NCBI GenBank assembly: GCA_012295275.1
Contig: CM022665.1
Location: 3,100,001 to 3,164,000, forward strand
DNA: 64,000 nucleotides
From: Chrysomallon squamiferum
Taxonomy: Eukaryota; Animalia; Mollusca
Direction: 5' to 3'
Shown here one piece after another: positions 12,488-26,298 of the stretch. Made by a program: the position numbers and the translations under genes. The notes under the pieces are model-generated. The model had not been told where the DNA came from and ran no database searches. It saw nothing but the letters and a program-made list of their open reading frames with translations. Position 1 is the first letter of the stretch. Every line of letters starts with the position of its first letter.

Positions 12488-13753
12488 GTAAGTGAACTGA
12501 AACTACTCTTTCTAACGTTACTACGTTTTGGCGCACGGCTCTTCCTCGCTATATTTAGAGGGTGTACCTGGATAGCGAGTATGCTCTGCTTGTGAAAGTG
12601 GATTCTCGTTCCCAGTGATCTAATGTTACATAAGCAGGCCTAGATCTCTATAACAAGAACATCGTACTTCAGGATAGGTAAAGGAAGATTACAGTAAACA
12701 TGGTTCTATGACTTGTGTTCACCTTGAAACTTTCGTCTTGCACGCGGTGTGTAGTATCTTTAGTGTTTAAGCGTTAAACTGTGATCTGGTTGTGAAGAAC
12801 AGTTCATCATGATGCTGAATGTTGAATTGATGTATAAATTTCTAAATTTTTGGCTATGTGCGTTGTGTGTATGTTTGCACAGATTTGGGTATTTGTGTCT
12901 GTTTTAAGGAAGATGGACATGCAGAATTGTTTATATTCGTCGTAATAAATAGATTTATTTAGTGAATAGTACAGTATGCATACGTTTCATGAATATGTTA
13001 GGAATATTTATATGCTGTTGTCATTGTTGGGGGATTTGTGGCTTTTCTTTTTCTTCACGGTATTTGAAAGCCAATTAATGTCTTTCCAAAAACGTCTTTT
13101 AATATTAGAAGTAATAAAAGTGTTTGGAGATGATAAAATGTTTAGAGAAATATTTAGAAAAAAACAACAACAACAATGTACAAATTGTAAAAATGCCGGC
13201 AATTTAGGCGAATCTCATGACTGCTTAATAGAACTCGATCTATAATACACATATTTGACTTATTAGATTCAAGTACTATTGATTTTTAGCCTGTGGGGAG
13301 TCGATGCGTGGAAACAGCTTGTGTGGATCGCTGGCAACGATGGATGAAGCGAACACGAGAACGTTATAAAAACCGCCGTGTGTTTACGTTGCTTTTGTAA
13401 CGGCGGGCCTGTGTTCTTCATTGGCAATACCTGCGATTTTTTTTTTTTTTTTTTTTTTTTTTAAATATGAATTTGTAGAATGCCCCACGTTTAGTCACTA
13501 AATAATAATAAGCTATACATACATCATTCAGTAATATTTTGTTTGGATTAAATTTTAAAAAAATAATAATAATAAAAAATACGCCTTTAATATAGGAGTT
13601 ATGGTAATGATGTGTTACAGTATTCTGTAATCAAATCGTGTCCTTGAACCGGTTTAGTCATTTTACTGGTAGTCCTGTTCCACACATCTAAATTTTATAA
13701 TAAAACTGACACGAAATTTGAATTTTAAATGTACATTAACTAATACCGATTGT

Positions 13754-13801
<48 letters not shown>

Positions 13802-13945
13802 TGTGTGTTTTCTTATATCAAATAGATAATGTCGTTCGATATTAGTAGTTTTGCTTGTTTTATAACACTGTACGTTTTGTCGATATTTGTTTACTAACAC
13901 TGTATAATAATAATTATTATTATTATTATTTTTTTTTTTTTCCAG

Positions 13946-14006
13946 AGAACATTTTCCATCATCATAGAAGCTTGGCACGATGCCACATTCAATGGACCAT
14001 CACCAG
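13946..14006 (+). CDS. Delta: Delta coding exon 3 (MNNL end)
   Basis: (T)nCCAG acceptor; RTFSIIIEAWHDATFNGPSP (family motif FSLIIEAWH); donor CAG|GTACGT; 61 nt. Confidence 0.96.
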
Positions 14007-16159
14007 GTACGTTACTAGTTTTTCTGTTGGTTTTGCAGATCATACGTCAGCTGTCTTTTATAATGTGCATAACATTCTCAGCCGAAAAAACAACAACAAA
14101 AAAACCTCTCCCTCGATTCAGATTCACTTCAAACAGCCTATCCCAGTACTGTGTGAAGTTTAATCATTTATCATCAGTTGTAAAAGTAAAATGAATCTGA
14201 ATATAGGAAATTGCTTACAACAGTGCGGAAATACGATTTATGGGCTTTGTGCTCTGGATAAATTATAATTTAAACGATGGAAGGGACGACAGAGCTATCT
14301 TCTTATCCTTATTCAGCTTCGACTTATCTCAACCAGTCTTTGTGTGGCAAAAACAAACTGACAAGCTCGCGTTCAAAATCATTTTCTCTCTCGATGTAAT
14401 AATATCCAGCTTCGCATTTTTTTTTTTTTTTTTTTTTTCAACGTAACGAAAATGCTATAGGTCGGTAAAAGTTCGTTCCGAGCTGATTTACTCGAAGAAG
14501 CTGGGATAGTCGACTACTTCTGAAACAAGCAAATTTACACCAATGAGAACTAGAGTGGGGAAAGAGGCACACTCTCTGTTTGTTATATCTTTATTAAATG
14601 ATGCCACGGTTAGATAACGCACCACACTTGGTTACGGGGACCAATAGTCTGGGCGCAAAGAAACTCTCGAGGAGAACAAAGGCAGGCGGCTTTACATCTG
14701 GCGCAATCTATACCGCTCCTTGCTTTTCTTCCCCGTAGACAAGCAATTGCTCTCGGGCCCATTTAGCTCTGCCCGTTTTATCCTTCCTGTCTGTTTTTTT
14801 TTTTTTTTTTTTTTTTCTTTTCTTTTATTTTATTTGCACATAATCGACGGCAGCTCGTTTCAATTATGTATGATAATTAGTTCATAAATCACAACGGTAA
14901 TAAGCTGAAGCTGAGGATAACAATCCAGGCAACACATGCTAAAACATGATGTTTACCTCGAGGTTTTTGGGGTTTTTTTTTTTTTTTTTTTTAGGGGTGG
15001 GTTTTTTTTTTTTGTTATTATTAAAGTTTTCTTTCTTTAACTTTTTAAAGGTATTTCTCAGTGACAGAATATTTAATTGAACCATTTGTTCATGATGAAT
15101 TAACTAATAAATATTTCGCTGAAGTAAAACGTCAAAACAATAATATACAGCCACGATTTTAATTACAAAAAGAAGTTGTGTTTTTTTTTTTTTTTTTACT
15201 GCCCTAACCGTTTTAATGATAAATCGTCAAAACGTTTCTAAAAAAAATATCCGGTTACAATTTATTTCTTGTGGAGTTCTTTTCGAGTAACTTGCTGCAG
15301 ATTTTTATCTTTGAAACTAGCCTTTGAGAAATAAAACAGCGCGAAATTTCATCTTCCTGATTATTTAATACAACGTTACAATAATATATGTGGTATATGT
15401 AAGTGTGTGTGTGTGTGTGTGCGCGTGTGTGTTTTGTTTTGGAATGGCAGGCGCGAGACTGGCTCGTGCTGATTTACTGCGATTTGTGCTGGCAGAGTGC
15501 AACACGTTATTCCTACTCATACGTCAACTGGTCAGCCGTTAAGCCTCGCATCTGTCCGGTCAGCAGTCACATCTGTCGTTGCCTTTCACTGACCACAGAA
15601 ATGTTCATCTTGAAGCAACAATGGCTAGTACAATTAGGTCATTCGCATTAATGCTCACATTCCAAAGCTCTATACGTTGATTTGTAATAGCTTCTTGGCA
15701 TCGTAAACTGATGCACAATTTAAGCCATCTGGTATTATGATTAATTTTTTTGTTTAAATATATGTTTATACCTTTTTCTCTTCTTTTTTTTTTTTTTTTT
15801 TTTTGTTTTTGTTTTGTTTGTTGTTGTAATGTTAAACATTATGTTAATTATAAATATATGTAATGCTTGCTACTTTTGCAAAGATCTATACTAAAAGGGG
15901 TTTTTTTTATTATTATTATTGTTGTATAGCTATTACGTGTTATCTGTATTTTGTTATAATGCAGAAAGCATAGCTTTTCTATTATTAGCCCTCGCATTTA
16001 CAGTCTCCTGCAGATCGGTAAAGAGAGAGTTTTTTTTATTATGCAAAATGTGATACGGTATCCATGAAAGCGAGTTTAACACTTTGGAGGGATTTCGTTT
16101 GAAAGCTGATTTGAAATTTAGATAGAAACGATTATTTGTTAATAGTGATGGAAAAGGAA

Positions 16160-16201
<42 letters not shown>

Positions 16202-17341
16202 TTAAAAAGCAGTTGCATTTTGCCACGAACTGTTATGATTATTATAATTTTTGTACGTAAAATATTGAATATGTAGATGCACTATTTAAAGCCTTCGAAA
16301 CGATTAATATAAAAAAAATAATAATAATAATGATTAACCCAGATAATCTGTCGTGTGTGATGCAAAATCTGATATAAACTGTTTACATAAACAATTGTCT
16401 ATAAATATTACATGTAAATTAAATGTTAATACAAAACATATGTACTGAGCTGCGAGCAGTATTGCTGGATGAGTGGCGTTGTCACAGATGGCGCTGTAGT
16501 CTGACCTACAACTGTGTGACGCGACAGGTGGTGCTACTTGTAAACATTCACGGAGTACACGGTTGAAGAGAAAAACTACTCGTATAACTGGAACAACGTA
16601 CGCACGTACACACATCGCACAAAAACCGAGATAACACAAATATATTCTGTCTGTCAAACGTTTAGGTGTTTCTTACGTAATAGATTTTCAGCTTTCATCT
16701 GGGTAATAGAAAGAAAGAAAGAAAATAAAAACAAAAAAAAAAAAAAAAAAAGTTTGCTTCTTGAACGTCTTTACTTTATTATTCATCACCTTTTAAAATG
16801 TTTTCCCAGAGCAGCCGTATCTTTTTTTTCTATCTGATACCTGGAAAATACTGGGTTTTGGGATTTTCCCACACCTCAGCTGAAACTGTGGCAGATAATT
16901 TAAGGTGCTCGTTATTTTCCCTTCAGTTATTCAGTCGTGCATGTCGCTTGAAAGGATCCGGGACAATAGCTATTGATCGCTGGACTGAAGCGCAGACAAG
17001 AATTGTCACCAGAATTGGGCGTGCGATTCCATTAATTACTCAGTTTTACGTTCCTTTCAGGGACATTGAAAAGTAACTGGTAATGTATTCTGTGTGGACA
17101 TGGGATCCGGGTAACACGAAATACAAAACCTATGTGACATAAACCCCGAGATCGCGCAGAGAATCGTACTAAATAACAACCTTTCTACCTCCAGCTGCTA
17201 CCACGGTTCTCTGCTGCTTGTATTGATGCCGTACCCAGTCTGTGTCTCAGGATCTGCATCACAATGTGAATTTAAAATGTGAAAAAGGTTAACAAGAAAA
17301 CATTCGTCACAATCCCTTCTCAGTTTGAAATGAGAGAGAGA

Positions 17342-17380
<39 letters not shown>

Positions 17381-19130
17381 CACTCCCCATAATCGTAATC
17401 CTTCATTCAGAAAAGAGAAAGGAACGAAATGTGATTTAAGAGAAATTACAAAATCATTCTTAGTTGACATGATGCAATGTCTGCTGAAGAAACTCACCCA
17501 GTGAGCTCATTCAGAACATGTAGCACCCAGACAAGATCGATATTCTTGTTTTCTCAGTTTCTACTACAAACCAGACGTAGTAGTACCTTTTGACACACAT
17601 TCTATTCTAGGATTACCGTATTTGCCACGAGGCGTCTTTTTTGCGGTTGCACAATTTTCACTCATTTTTTGTTATGCTAATGCTGAAAAATGTTATTACA
17701 TAACCAAATGTCGTACTGAAATGTATACAGTTCGTCAGCGGCATAGTACAATAAAGCAACTAAACGACCTATTTGTTTTTTCGAGGACCGCCTTTTTTCT
17801 TATTGTTTTTGGGTTTTTTTTGGAGGGGGGAACAACCATCGTGTATCCAGATTGAGTTGCAATATTAATACATATTATCATCATTTCTGGTTAACAAACC
17901 AAATGGTCATTAACCTTTCGTTATCCATATTTCATTGTATTTAAAAAGAAAGAAAGAAAAAAAAAAAAAAGAGCTAAGAATATTCTAAATAAAGGCTTAT
18001 TATCATATTGACGTCTCGTCCGCTTACAATAGTTTCCAGTTCAAACTGAGTCTAATGCAAGCCATTTTAGCAACGTAGAGATACCTGTGAAAAGTCTGGA
18101 ACCAAAAAGAGCCTTTAGACCGAGTTTGTTGAAGACAAAACACAAGTACTGTTCAGCACGCGAACAACTGGTTTCCTTTTCATTTGCAGTCAGTGAACCG
18201 TACACTCTTGTTTGAATCTTACAAGAACGTTAACGAACGCCTTCAGTTGAAGAGAAATTTTATTAAACAACCATCATGTATTCATTCAGTTTGTAATGAC
18301 TTCGTTCTATACCCAGCGACCTTTCCTTAATTACACCATTTAAGTGGATTTGGCAAACAGCAGTACAACAACGACTATTATATTCTTAATATTGGTAACG
18401 TCATATAATGTGTAAGTTCAAGATAGGGAAAGTAGCATTTTTATATTATTCAAACGTTTACTACTAAAAAAACAACATTATATTTGTATTGTTTTTGTTT
18501 TCTGTATTTGACCATGTCGTTGTTCCTCTTGATCAATGATTAAATGGATAATTTTCCACTGCAATTCGAAACTGAACAAATGAAACATTTGTTGCTGTGC
18601 AGATAAGCAGATAACTTGTGCCATTCAGTCATCCTGAAAATCATTTATAAATCAGCGGCCTTAATGAGATTAGCGAAATCCGCATTACACCGTTAGACAG
18701 GTTCAGTCAGTAAAGTTGCAACAGAGTGCTCGAGCTTCTCTAATAAAACGAGACCCCTTGTCCATTGAAATCCCTGGAGATATCACGAATACCGCATGTT
18801 TGTGCGAAATTGACAGTTAACTAATGTTCTCTTTGTTTCACAGTTATTCTCAGTGGCATTAACATTCGTGTTAGTAAATTTCTTTTAAAATGTTACAAGG
18901 GATCTGATGACGCTGATGATAAATATCGTTATTTTCTTTGAATAAATTTATGTTTTTTTGTTATTAGAGATTCTTTCTTTGAATTTTTTTTTTTTTTTTT
19001 TTTTTTTTTTTCATAGTTTCTTATTTCACTGTAAACTAAACGAAGACCTTGGCTACTGCCATGCACTAAGTGGAATAAATAAAAAAAAAATATCTTTTTG
19101 CAATAACATGAACATATTTTCCCGTTCCAG

Positions 19131-19388
19131 GAAGTACGAGAGAGCAGATAGCCAGATTAGCCACGCAGGGCAGTGTCGAAGTGGGAACAGAATGGAAAGT
19201 GTTGAACTATAGTTCTCGTTACACTAATTTGGAGTACCGATACAGAGTGACATGTGATGAATACTACTACGGCGACGGCTGCACTCAGATGTGTCGCCCA
19301 CGTGACGACAGTTTCGGACATTACCGTTGTGATAAAAATGGCGACAAAGTGTGTATTGACGGCTGGACTGGCGACTACTGCGAACAAG
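19131..19388 (+). CDS. Delta: Delta coding exon 4 (DSL domain)
   Basis: GSTREQIARLATQ..YRVTCDEYYYGDGCTQMCRPRDDSFGHYRCDKNGDKVCIDGWTGDYCEQ; CCAG acceptor; AAG|GTTAGT donor; 258 nt. Confidence 0.97.
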
Positions 19389-20412
19389 GTTAGTATTTTT
19401 TTTAACTTTCTCATTAACACTGAGAATTTCAAATATAAATTAACATTTTCCAGTTTACAAGATACAACAAATATTAGCTGTTTGTATTAAACGTATTTAA
19501 ATGCATGTCATTTCACAACTGGTCGTATTTTATTGTTTTTACGCGACTTGTGCAGAATACGGTGGTGTGTAAAAAATCTAGCTTTGAAGTCATTTGTTTT
19601 TTCAGTGCAATCGTTCCGATTTTGTTTTGAACGTAATCAAAATAACTTGTTAAACGTTTTATAGCGCCTCTGAAATTTCGTTTTGCCTAATCGCTTGGTG
19701 CGAGGTGTCTACGTGAAATTCTCATCCGATAATCTGTTGTCTAGACGCTCCTCTCATCACAGTTTGTAACAAATTGGTCTGCTGGGCTTGAAGACGGTCT
19801 CTTCTGTTAGACGAAGCAAACGCTTCCACTGACCATAATTTCTTTTCTTGTTCAGCGATGATTGCAATTACTCGCGCCCGACAGAAAACCGTGAAATAGC
19901 TTCACTTCAAACAAGTAGGGCAACTACAGTTTTAAAAATAATATTCGTATTTTGCTTGTTGTAAGAAAGCAAAGCAGTAAGTGCAAATCAATACTGAAAA
20001 TATTACAGAGTAGTGTCGAGTTCCACGTCACGTAACTAAAGTCGACAAAATACAGCAAACTGAACTGTTGTTTAAATATCTGATAAAAATTTGATATGTG
20101 GAGAAAAAGAAATGCATTTTGTTTTTTTATTATTATTATTATTTACATTTTTATTTTGCTATTTTTTAAATCACATTTAGTATACATCTTTCGGTAACGT
20201 TATTGTAATGAAAATAAAAAATTTGTATAAAAAAAAAAAAAAAAAAAAAAAATGAATATCATAAAAACAACAGCTGTATTCAAACGACCTATAAACCAAC
20301 CACCAACTGTTTTAATTTGTCAAGTCCAAAATAAACAAGTAAAAATGAAATTGGCTTGAATTTAAATCGTCAGGTAATGTATCAGTGTCAGTATAGTCAT
20401 GTACTGATATTG

Positions 20413-20414
<2 letters not shown>

Positions 20415-20490
<76 letters not shown>
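20415..20490. repeat. (TC)n microsatellite in Delta intron 4
   Basis: Perfect TC dinucleotide run of ~76 bp. Confidence 0.97.
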
Positions 20491-20494
<4 letters not shown>

Positions 20495-22305
20495 AATCAT
20501 ATACACACACACACACACACACACAGGTTTAAATATAATACATAACGGAAATTAAAATTGATTTGTAATTTGAAAGTGCTTACACGCAATCATTATTATA
20601 CTTACACCACACATGTATATGTATAGATATAGATAGATATGGAGCCAGTATCGGTTGAGTAATAATAATAATAATTCATTGTTTGCTTTATGACGTGAGA
20701 CGTGGGTGTAGTGCAATAATTACACTTTTCAGTGATGGAGAAACGGCTACTTGTGGCCAGTGTTTGGCTTCTGTATAATGCAGCTGAATATGAGCCACAT
20801 TAACGCCATCTGTTACACTTGCACTGCAAAGGATGTAGTGTTAACGAAGTCAAGGTCACAAATATTTTTTTTTTCCACGTTTTTGTTTTGTTGTTGTTGT
20901 TGTTATTTTATTATTTTTTTATTATTATTATCATTATTATTATTATACTTATTTCGAAAATAAAAGTAACATTATAAACGAAAATGCACTTTCTTGTTAA
21001 TAAAATGTATATGAAAAATAATGATCGTAATATTTTATCAATTCATTACAGTAAAAACTTGATCGTCCCTTCTATATATATTTAATAAACCTCTCTGTAG
21101 CTAAATGTGAACACACCTTGTTTTATCCGGCATTTTGATTTTTCTTCCGGTTGACCGTTTCCAATAAATATCAAGTGCATTGATTTGGCAGCCATATTAC
21201 GCATATTGTAAATCGCTTTACACACCAGCTAGGCATCATTCCCAACACACGTCGAGTATACTGCTTTATTTACGTCTACGTTTTTTTTTGTTGTTTTTCT
21301 TTAACTAGCTTTTTCTCTTCTAGTGCTTCACCTTTATGCTTCTAGATTATTTTGAAAAATAAAAACTGATAACGCGTTACCGTTATCAGAATTTTTCTTC
21401 TTTTTTTTTCTTTTTTAAAAAAAAAAAACGAAAAAAAAAATAACGAAAAAAAGAAAAATAATAATAACCAAAAAAAAAAAAAAACCCGAGAAACTTTTCC
21501 ATTTTCCCCCCTCTCACTGTTAGCTCAAAAGATAGATAATCTGAAGAAAATAGTGCAATAAGCAAAAGATAAAAGCGCCGAAACAGCAGGTGCGTTCAAG
21601 TCTCGAGTGAGCCCAGAGCGACTGGGCCAGCTGACATTTGCCACGAGTAAATGATTGATGTTTGAAAGGAAAGCTTATAACGAACTGGCTCGATGGGCGG
21701 GACAAAGAACTTGTCCCACTTTATTTTCCTCATAATTTATATAATCCACATTATGTTAATAACAACATAATCCGGTCGTCCGAGTACAAATTAGGCATTC
21801 GTTTAAATTTTTTGTTTTATTATCTTGGTTGTTTTTTTTGTTTGTTTGTTTGTTTTGGTTTTTTTGTTTTTGTTTTTTTACCAACGTAATTATCAGATTT
21901 TTTTATTAAAAAAAAAAATACATTATAATTTTTTGAAAATGCTTCCAAAAGTTTTGTTTTATTTTTTTTATTTTTTTTGTATGCAGACTTCACAAAAATT
22001 GCTAGATTGTTAAATTATGTTATTAAAAAGACGGCTCTTTCTCAGAAGAAAAATAAAAATAATAAAATAAACAAATAAATAAATAATGTAAAAATAAAAC
22101 AAAGGAAAATAGCTATAATATTTGCTGTTGCAACTAATACTGATACCACTGCAGTAAACATTTCGATATGCTTCTTCGCTATAACGTTTTATGTGTCAAC
22201 TGTTGGTTTAAATTCCGAAGCAAAGAAAACGGTTTAACACTCGAGTGATTTCTCTGTGAGGAACAAGTACTTCTGTCTAACCGGATAGCAGGTGTTAGTG
22301 AAATC

Positions 22306-22349
<44 letters not shown>

Positions 22350-23327
22350 AGAAGTGGGTCATATAACTGCTGCTTGGTTTAAGTGCTCGGGTAGCGCAGA
22401 TGTCCAAATACACCCATATTCCAAACCGGCCCGACACGCAGACATCTGGCTTGTGATAAATTCCTCTTTTTAACTTTTATAACCTAGATTACCGCTTCAC
22501 CGCATTTTCTTTAAAATTAAGTGTTTCTTTTCTACTTAACCGTAATGTCCGCCAGCTTCAGTCATTTAAAAAAAAAAAAAAAAAAAAAAAATATCGAGTC
22601 TAATAATATGAGATGTGAAATAATATAGAAAGTATTTGTCTGGATAATTGTCTCCGGATTAGACTCTGAATCTATCACGATTAATAACTTCGAAATGCAT
22701 CCATACCCAAAAGAAGCCACTTTGGATTCTAATCCAAAAATAATGATGAAAACGTAAAGAACGGCGTGTTGGCCATAACTTTTCATTTCGTGTGACATCC
22801 CCGTAACGCCACCACAGACTGCTGTCGCCGTTGACGTGATGTCACTGACAAGATTACTGAAATCCGATCACGAAGACGTCGAAGATGATGACACATTTCA
22901 TCCCATTGACAGAGACCGCTGTGTTAATACCCAGCTCTGACTGGTTACAACATCGAACACGTCTTCGCCAAGTCGGAATCCACTCATCTCACGAGTGCTA
23001 ATGACATCATCATCTCTGACATACAACTGCTACAACAGAGACAACTAAACTAACTTCTGATACGTGGTATATCCATTTAAAAAAGAAATCGAATACAAAA
23101 TTCTACAATCTACTGCAGTCAGATTTTATTTTATGAACAGCAAGATTCCTAGCTGTACTAACGTGCTATGTGCGATAACAAATAATTTATCGTGTGTAAA
23201 CATTTTTAAATGGGGAAACATTTGAGCGGCAAATTCGTCAGAAAAGCTGCCGATTTTCTTCAGTTTTATTTGATTTATTTAAATGCCGCCAGAAATCTAA
23301 TGTAATTTGTTTTTTTGTTTCTTTCAG

Positions 23328-23388
23328 CAATGTGTCTTCACAACTGTCACAAAAGTCATGGTTACTGCGACGTGCCCAACGAGTGCAA
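23328..23388 (+). CDS. Delta: Delta coding exon 5 (EGF1/DOS)
   Basis: TTTCAG acceptor; AMCLHNCHKSHGYCDVPNECK; donor AA|GTGAGT; 61 nt. Confidence 0.96.
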
Positions 23389-24640
23389 GTGAGTATTATT
23401 TCTTTTTCTTTTCTTTACTCAAGTTATTTATTTCAAATTTGGTAAGAGATGGGAAGAAAATAAACTATTTTGTTACATTCAGTTAACTGAATATTGCATT
23501 TGTTCATTGGTGCTGTAGTTGCAAAAAGGTGCTAGTAGCTTTTAATAAACAAAAAACCCCAAATAACAACAGAACCAAAAAAAAAAAAAACCCACAAAAA
23601 TATATTTCAGTTACAATATTTTGTAACGTTAAATTGAACAGTAAAACACAAGAGCATCCAACAAACGTATACAACAAACGTAAAATGGTTAGTTACGAAG
23701 TACAGACAACACGTCTAGTGCAGCCATGTACCTCACTGTATTAAATTATGCAGTAAGTGCAATTGGTACGTGCAAGGAGTGTAAGCTGGGGGTAACTATC
23801 GAATAACGCCATAAAAACAAATACGCAAACAATTGCTTCATAGCATCGCGTGGATAACCGGTCTTATCGTATGCTGCACGCGACTCGAATTAGTCGTCGT
23901 CAGTTCGCAGCAGTTGGCTTCCAACCGTGGGAAAATTCTCCTCTTTTGACGTTTACACAGTAAAATATCCTCCCCGTATGCTCGGTGTTCTGTGCTTCCA
24001 ATTCACCTCAACCCAAGCGTGACGACGAAGACACGGCAGCAGTTTATTCGCTATCCCATCTTGCAAGCCTGTCTTTCTTCCACTTTCCCGTTTACTGATA
24101 AAACTCGAAGAATTCAGCTGAAGCATGAAATAGCACGTGTTAGAGTCAGAGGAGCGATGTGTTTTCAGTTATTAAGTAATTAGCAGAACACAAACAGCAT
24201 ACGACTGTTTAACACTGTTTACGTCTGACCCGAAGTATTGATAATTCGAATTAGTTCATCTGTTTTGAAAAATAAAACAACACTGATAAGATTACAGTCT
24301 TTCCAGTTCATTGTTTCAGTGCTATTACTTTATTTAATAATAATAAAAAAAAAAAAAGTGGGAATAGCTGATCTACTAATCAAGTGATACACTTTATTTA
24401 TTTATTTATTTATTTTTAATTCTGCGACCCTCTGTGTACATTCAGACTAAACATAACTGAACAGAACCACAATAATTTTAAGAGAAATAAATGATGTTCA
24501 TACAAAAAAATTTCATTTCAAAATCTAACTTGTACAAAACGCCCTCATTAATCATGTCCTTGGTAACAATAGCGTTATTATTAAAGTTACGACATCAAAA
24601 CAATTACATTATTAACTAAATGTGTTGGTTATTTTTACAG

Positions 24641-24771
24641 ATGTCTCATGGGCTGGCAGGGGCCATACTGTAACCAGTGCATTCCTTACCCTGGCTGCCA
24701 GCACGGCTCGTGCTCCAAGCCCTGGGAGTGCAACTGTCAGGAAGGATGGGGTGGTCTGTTTTGCAATCAAG
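24641..24771 (+). CDS. Delta: Delta coding exon 6 (EGF1-2/DOS)
   Basis: [43 protein letters not shown]; TACAG acceptor; AAG|GTATGT donor; 131 nt. Confidence 0.97.
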
Positions 24772-25062
24772 GTATGTATTCAAAATTGTGAGATTCATAA
24801 TTTAAAAAAAAGAGGAAAAAAAGAAAAAGAAACAGTAGCAAAATGTTGCTTTTTAACCTTTCATTGTTGCCTGTTAAATAAAGATCAAAGAATTTAAAAA
24901 AAAAAAAAAAAAAAAAGAGCCAAAAACTTATTGATCTACATCTGTTCAAACAGTTTTTTATTTATTATTATTATCATAATTATTTTAAACTGGTTCTTCA
25001 GTTCATCACAGTGTTATTTAAAATTATGAACGATAGTGCTGATTAAATCTTTCATGTTTCAG

Positions 25063-25232
25063 ATCTGAACTTCTGCACACACCACACGCCATGTAAAAAC
25101 GGAGGGACGTGTACAAACACGGGGCAGGGCAGTTACACGTGTACCTGTCGCCCTGGCTTTAACGGTACAAACTGCGAGGTGGAGATAGACGACTGCGAAC
25201 GGCAGCCATGTTTAAATGGAGGCACTTGTGAG
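25063..25232 (+). CDS. Delta: Delta coding exon 7 (EGF3-4)
   Basis: [57 protein letters not shown]; TTTCAG acceptor; GAG|GTAAAT donor; 170 nt. Confidence 0.97.
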
Positions 25233-25445
25233 GTAAATAATGTTTGTCAAAATACAGTGTATCAATTATCCTCTTAAGAAGTACCCTTCGTTTGTCAGTG
25301 CTCGTTCTTTTCATTGTTTGAACATTTAATAAACTTGACACTACAAAATAAAAAGTATTTTAAAAATGTTAAATAAATATAGTGTTAATGAAAGCTTCTT
25401 TTTTTTTTTTTTGATTCTGTTACTAATGAAAACGCGTTTTTGCAG

Positions 25446-25659
25446 GATATGGGCAGCATTTTCAGGTGTCGCTGTTTGGAAGGATATTACGGCAGGAGGT
25501 GTGGAAACGTAGCAAACTCTTGTGAAAACAATCCTTGCGGAAACGCTGGGAAATGCCATGAACGAGAGGGTACCTATGTGTGTGAATGTAACCCTGGTTA
25601 TACAGGCCTCAACTGTGAAATAGATATCAACGAATGTACATCCAGACCTTGCAAAAATG
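25446..25659 (+). CDS. Delta: Delta coding exon 8 (EGF4-6)
   Basis: DMGSIFRCRCLEGYYGRRC..CECNPGYTGLNCEIDINECTSRPCKN; TGCAG acceptor; ATG|GTAAGT donor; 214 nt. Confidence 0.96.
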
Positions 25660-26298
25660 GTAAGTTATTTATGCATTTCGTAATTTTTCGGTTTATTTTC
25701 AAAAGCTACAAGAATGGAAGTTTGATAAATGAAGTAAAGCATTGCAATGGCACAAAATGTCAATCTGTAACTGGTTTGCTTTCTGCATTTTTCCCTACCT
25801 TGTCACTTGCTTTTTAACAATGATACATAATCGACAATGTGCACGTTTTTGTGATGTATAGTGAATAGCAAGTTTTCATATTTCTTATTATTTATATGGT
25901 TGTCTATAAGTTGACCCCTCACTAACTCCAGACGTTAAAAACAGTTTTTATTGACCCGGTGATACGTCGATAACAGATTCTGAACTAAATAGAAATGTGT
26001 TTATTCTCCGTCCTGGCATTTAAACTCTTTTCAATTTACTTTATCATGTGAGTGTATCAGCCTGGTATCCACAGTAATTAAAAGGAAGTAAAATAAAATG
26101 TGAAAAATTTAAGCGTTATAAACAAAGGTGGGCGTAAGAACACATGAGTAATTACATATTTTGTTTGTTTAGTATACATTGTTTCATCATCATTTCATGA
26201 AAACTCGTAACAATTTTAAAAAGAGTGTTTGTTGTAAAAATACGTCATTTCGTCTCTAATTATCAGTCAGTAACGTTTAGGAATGATTTGTTTTATAG

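Noticed and set aside
22779-22940. 53-codon acidic open frame in intron 4 as an alternative Delta exon
   Set aside because: No suitable acceptor or donor and no recognisable domain.
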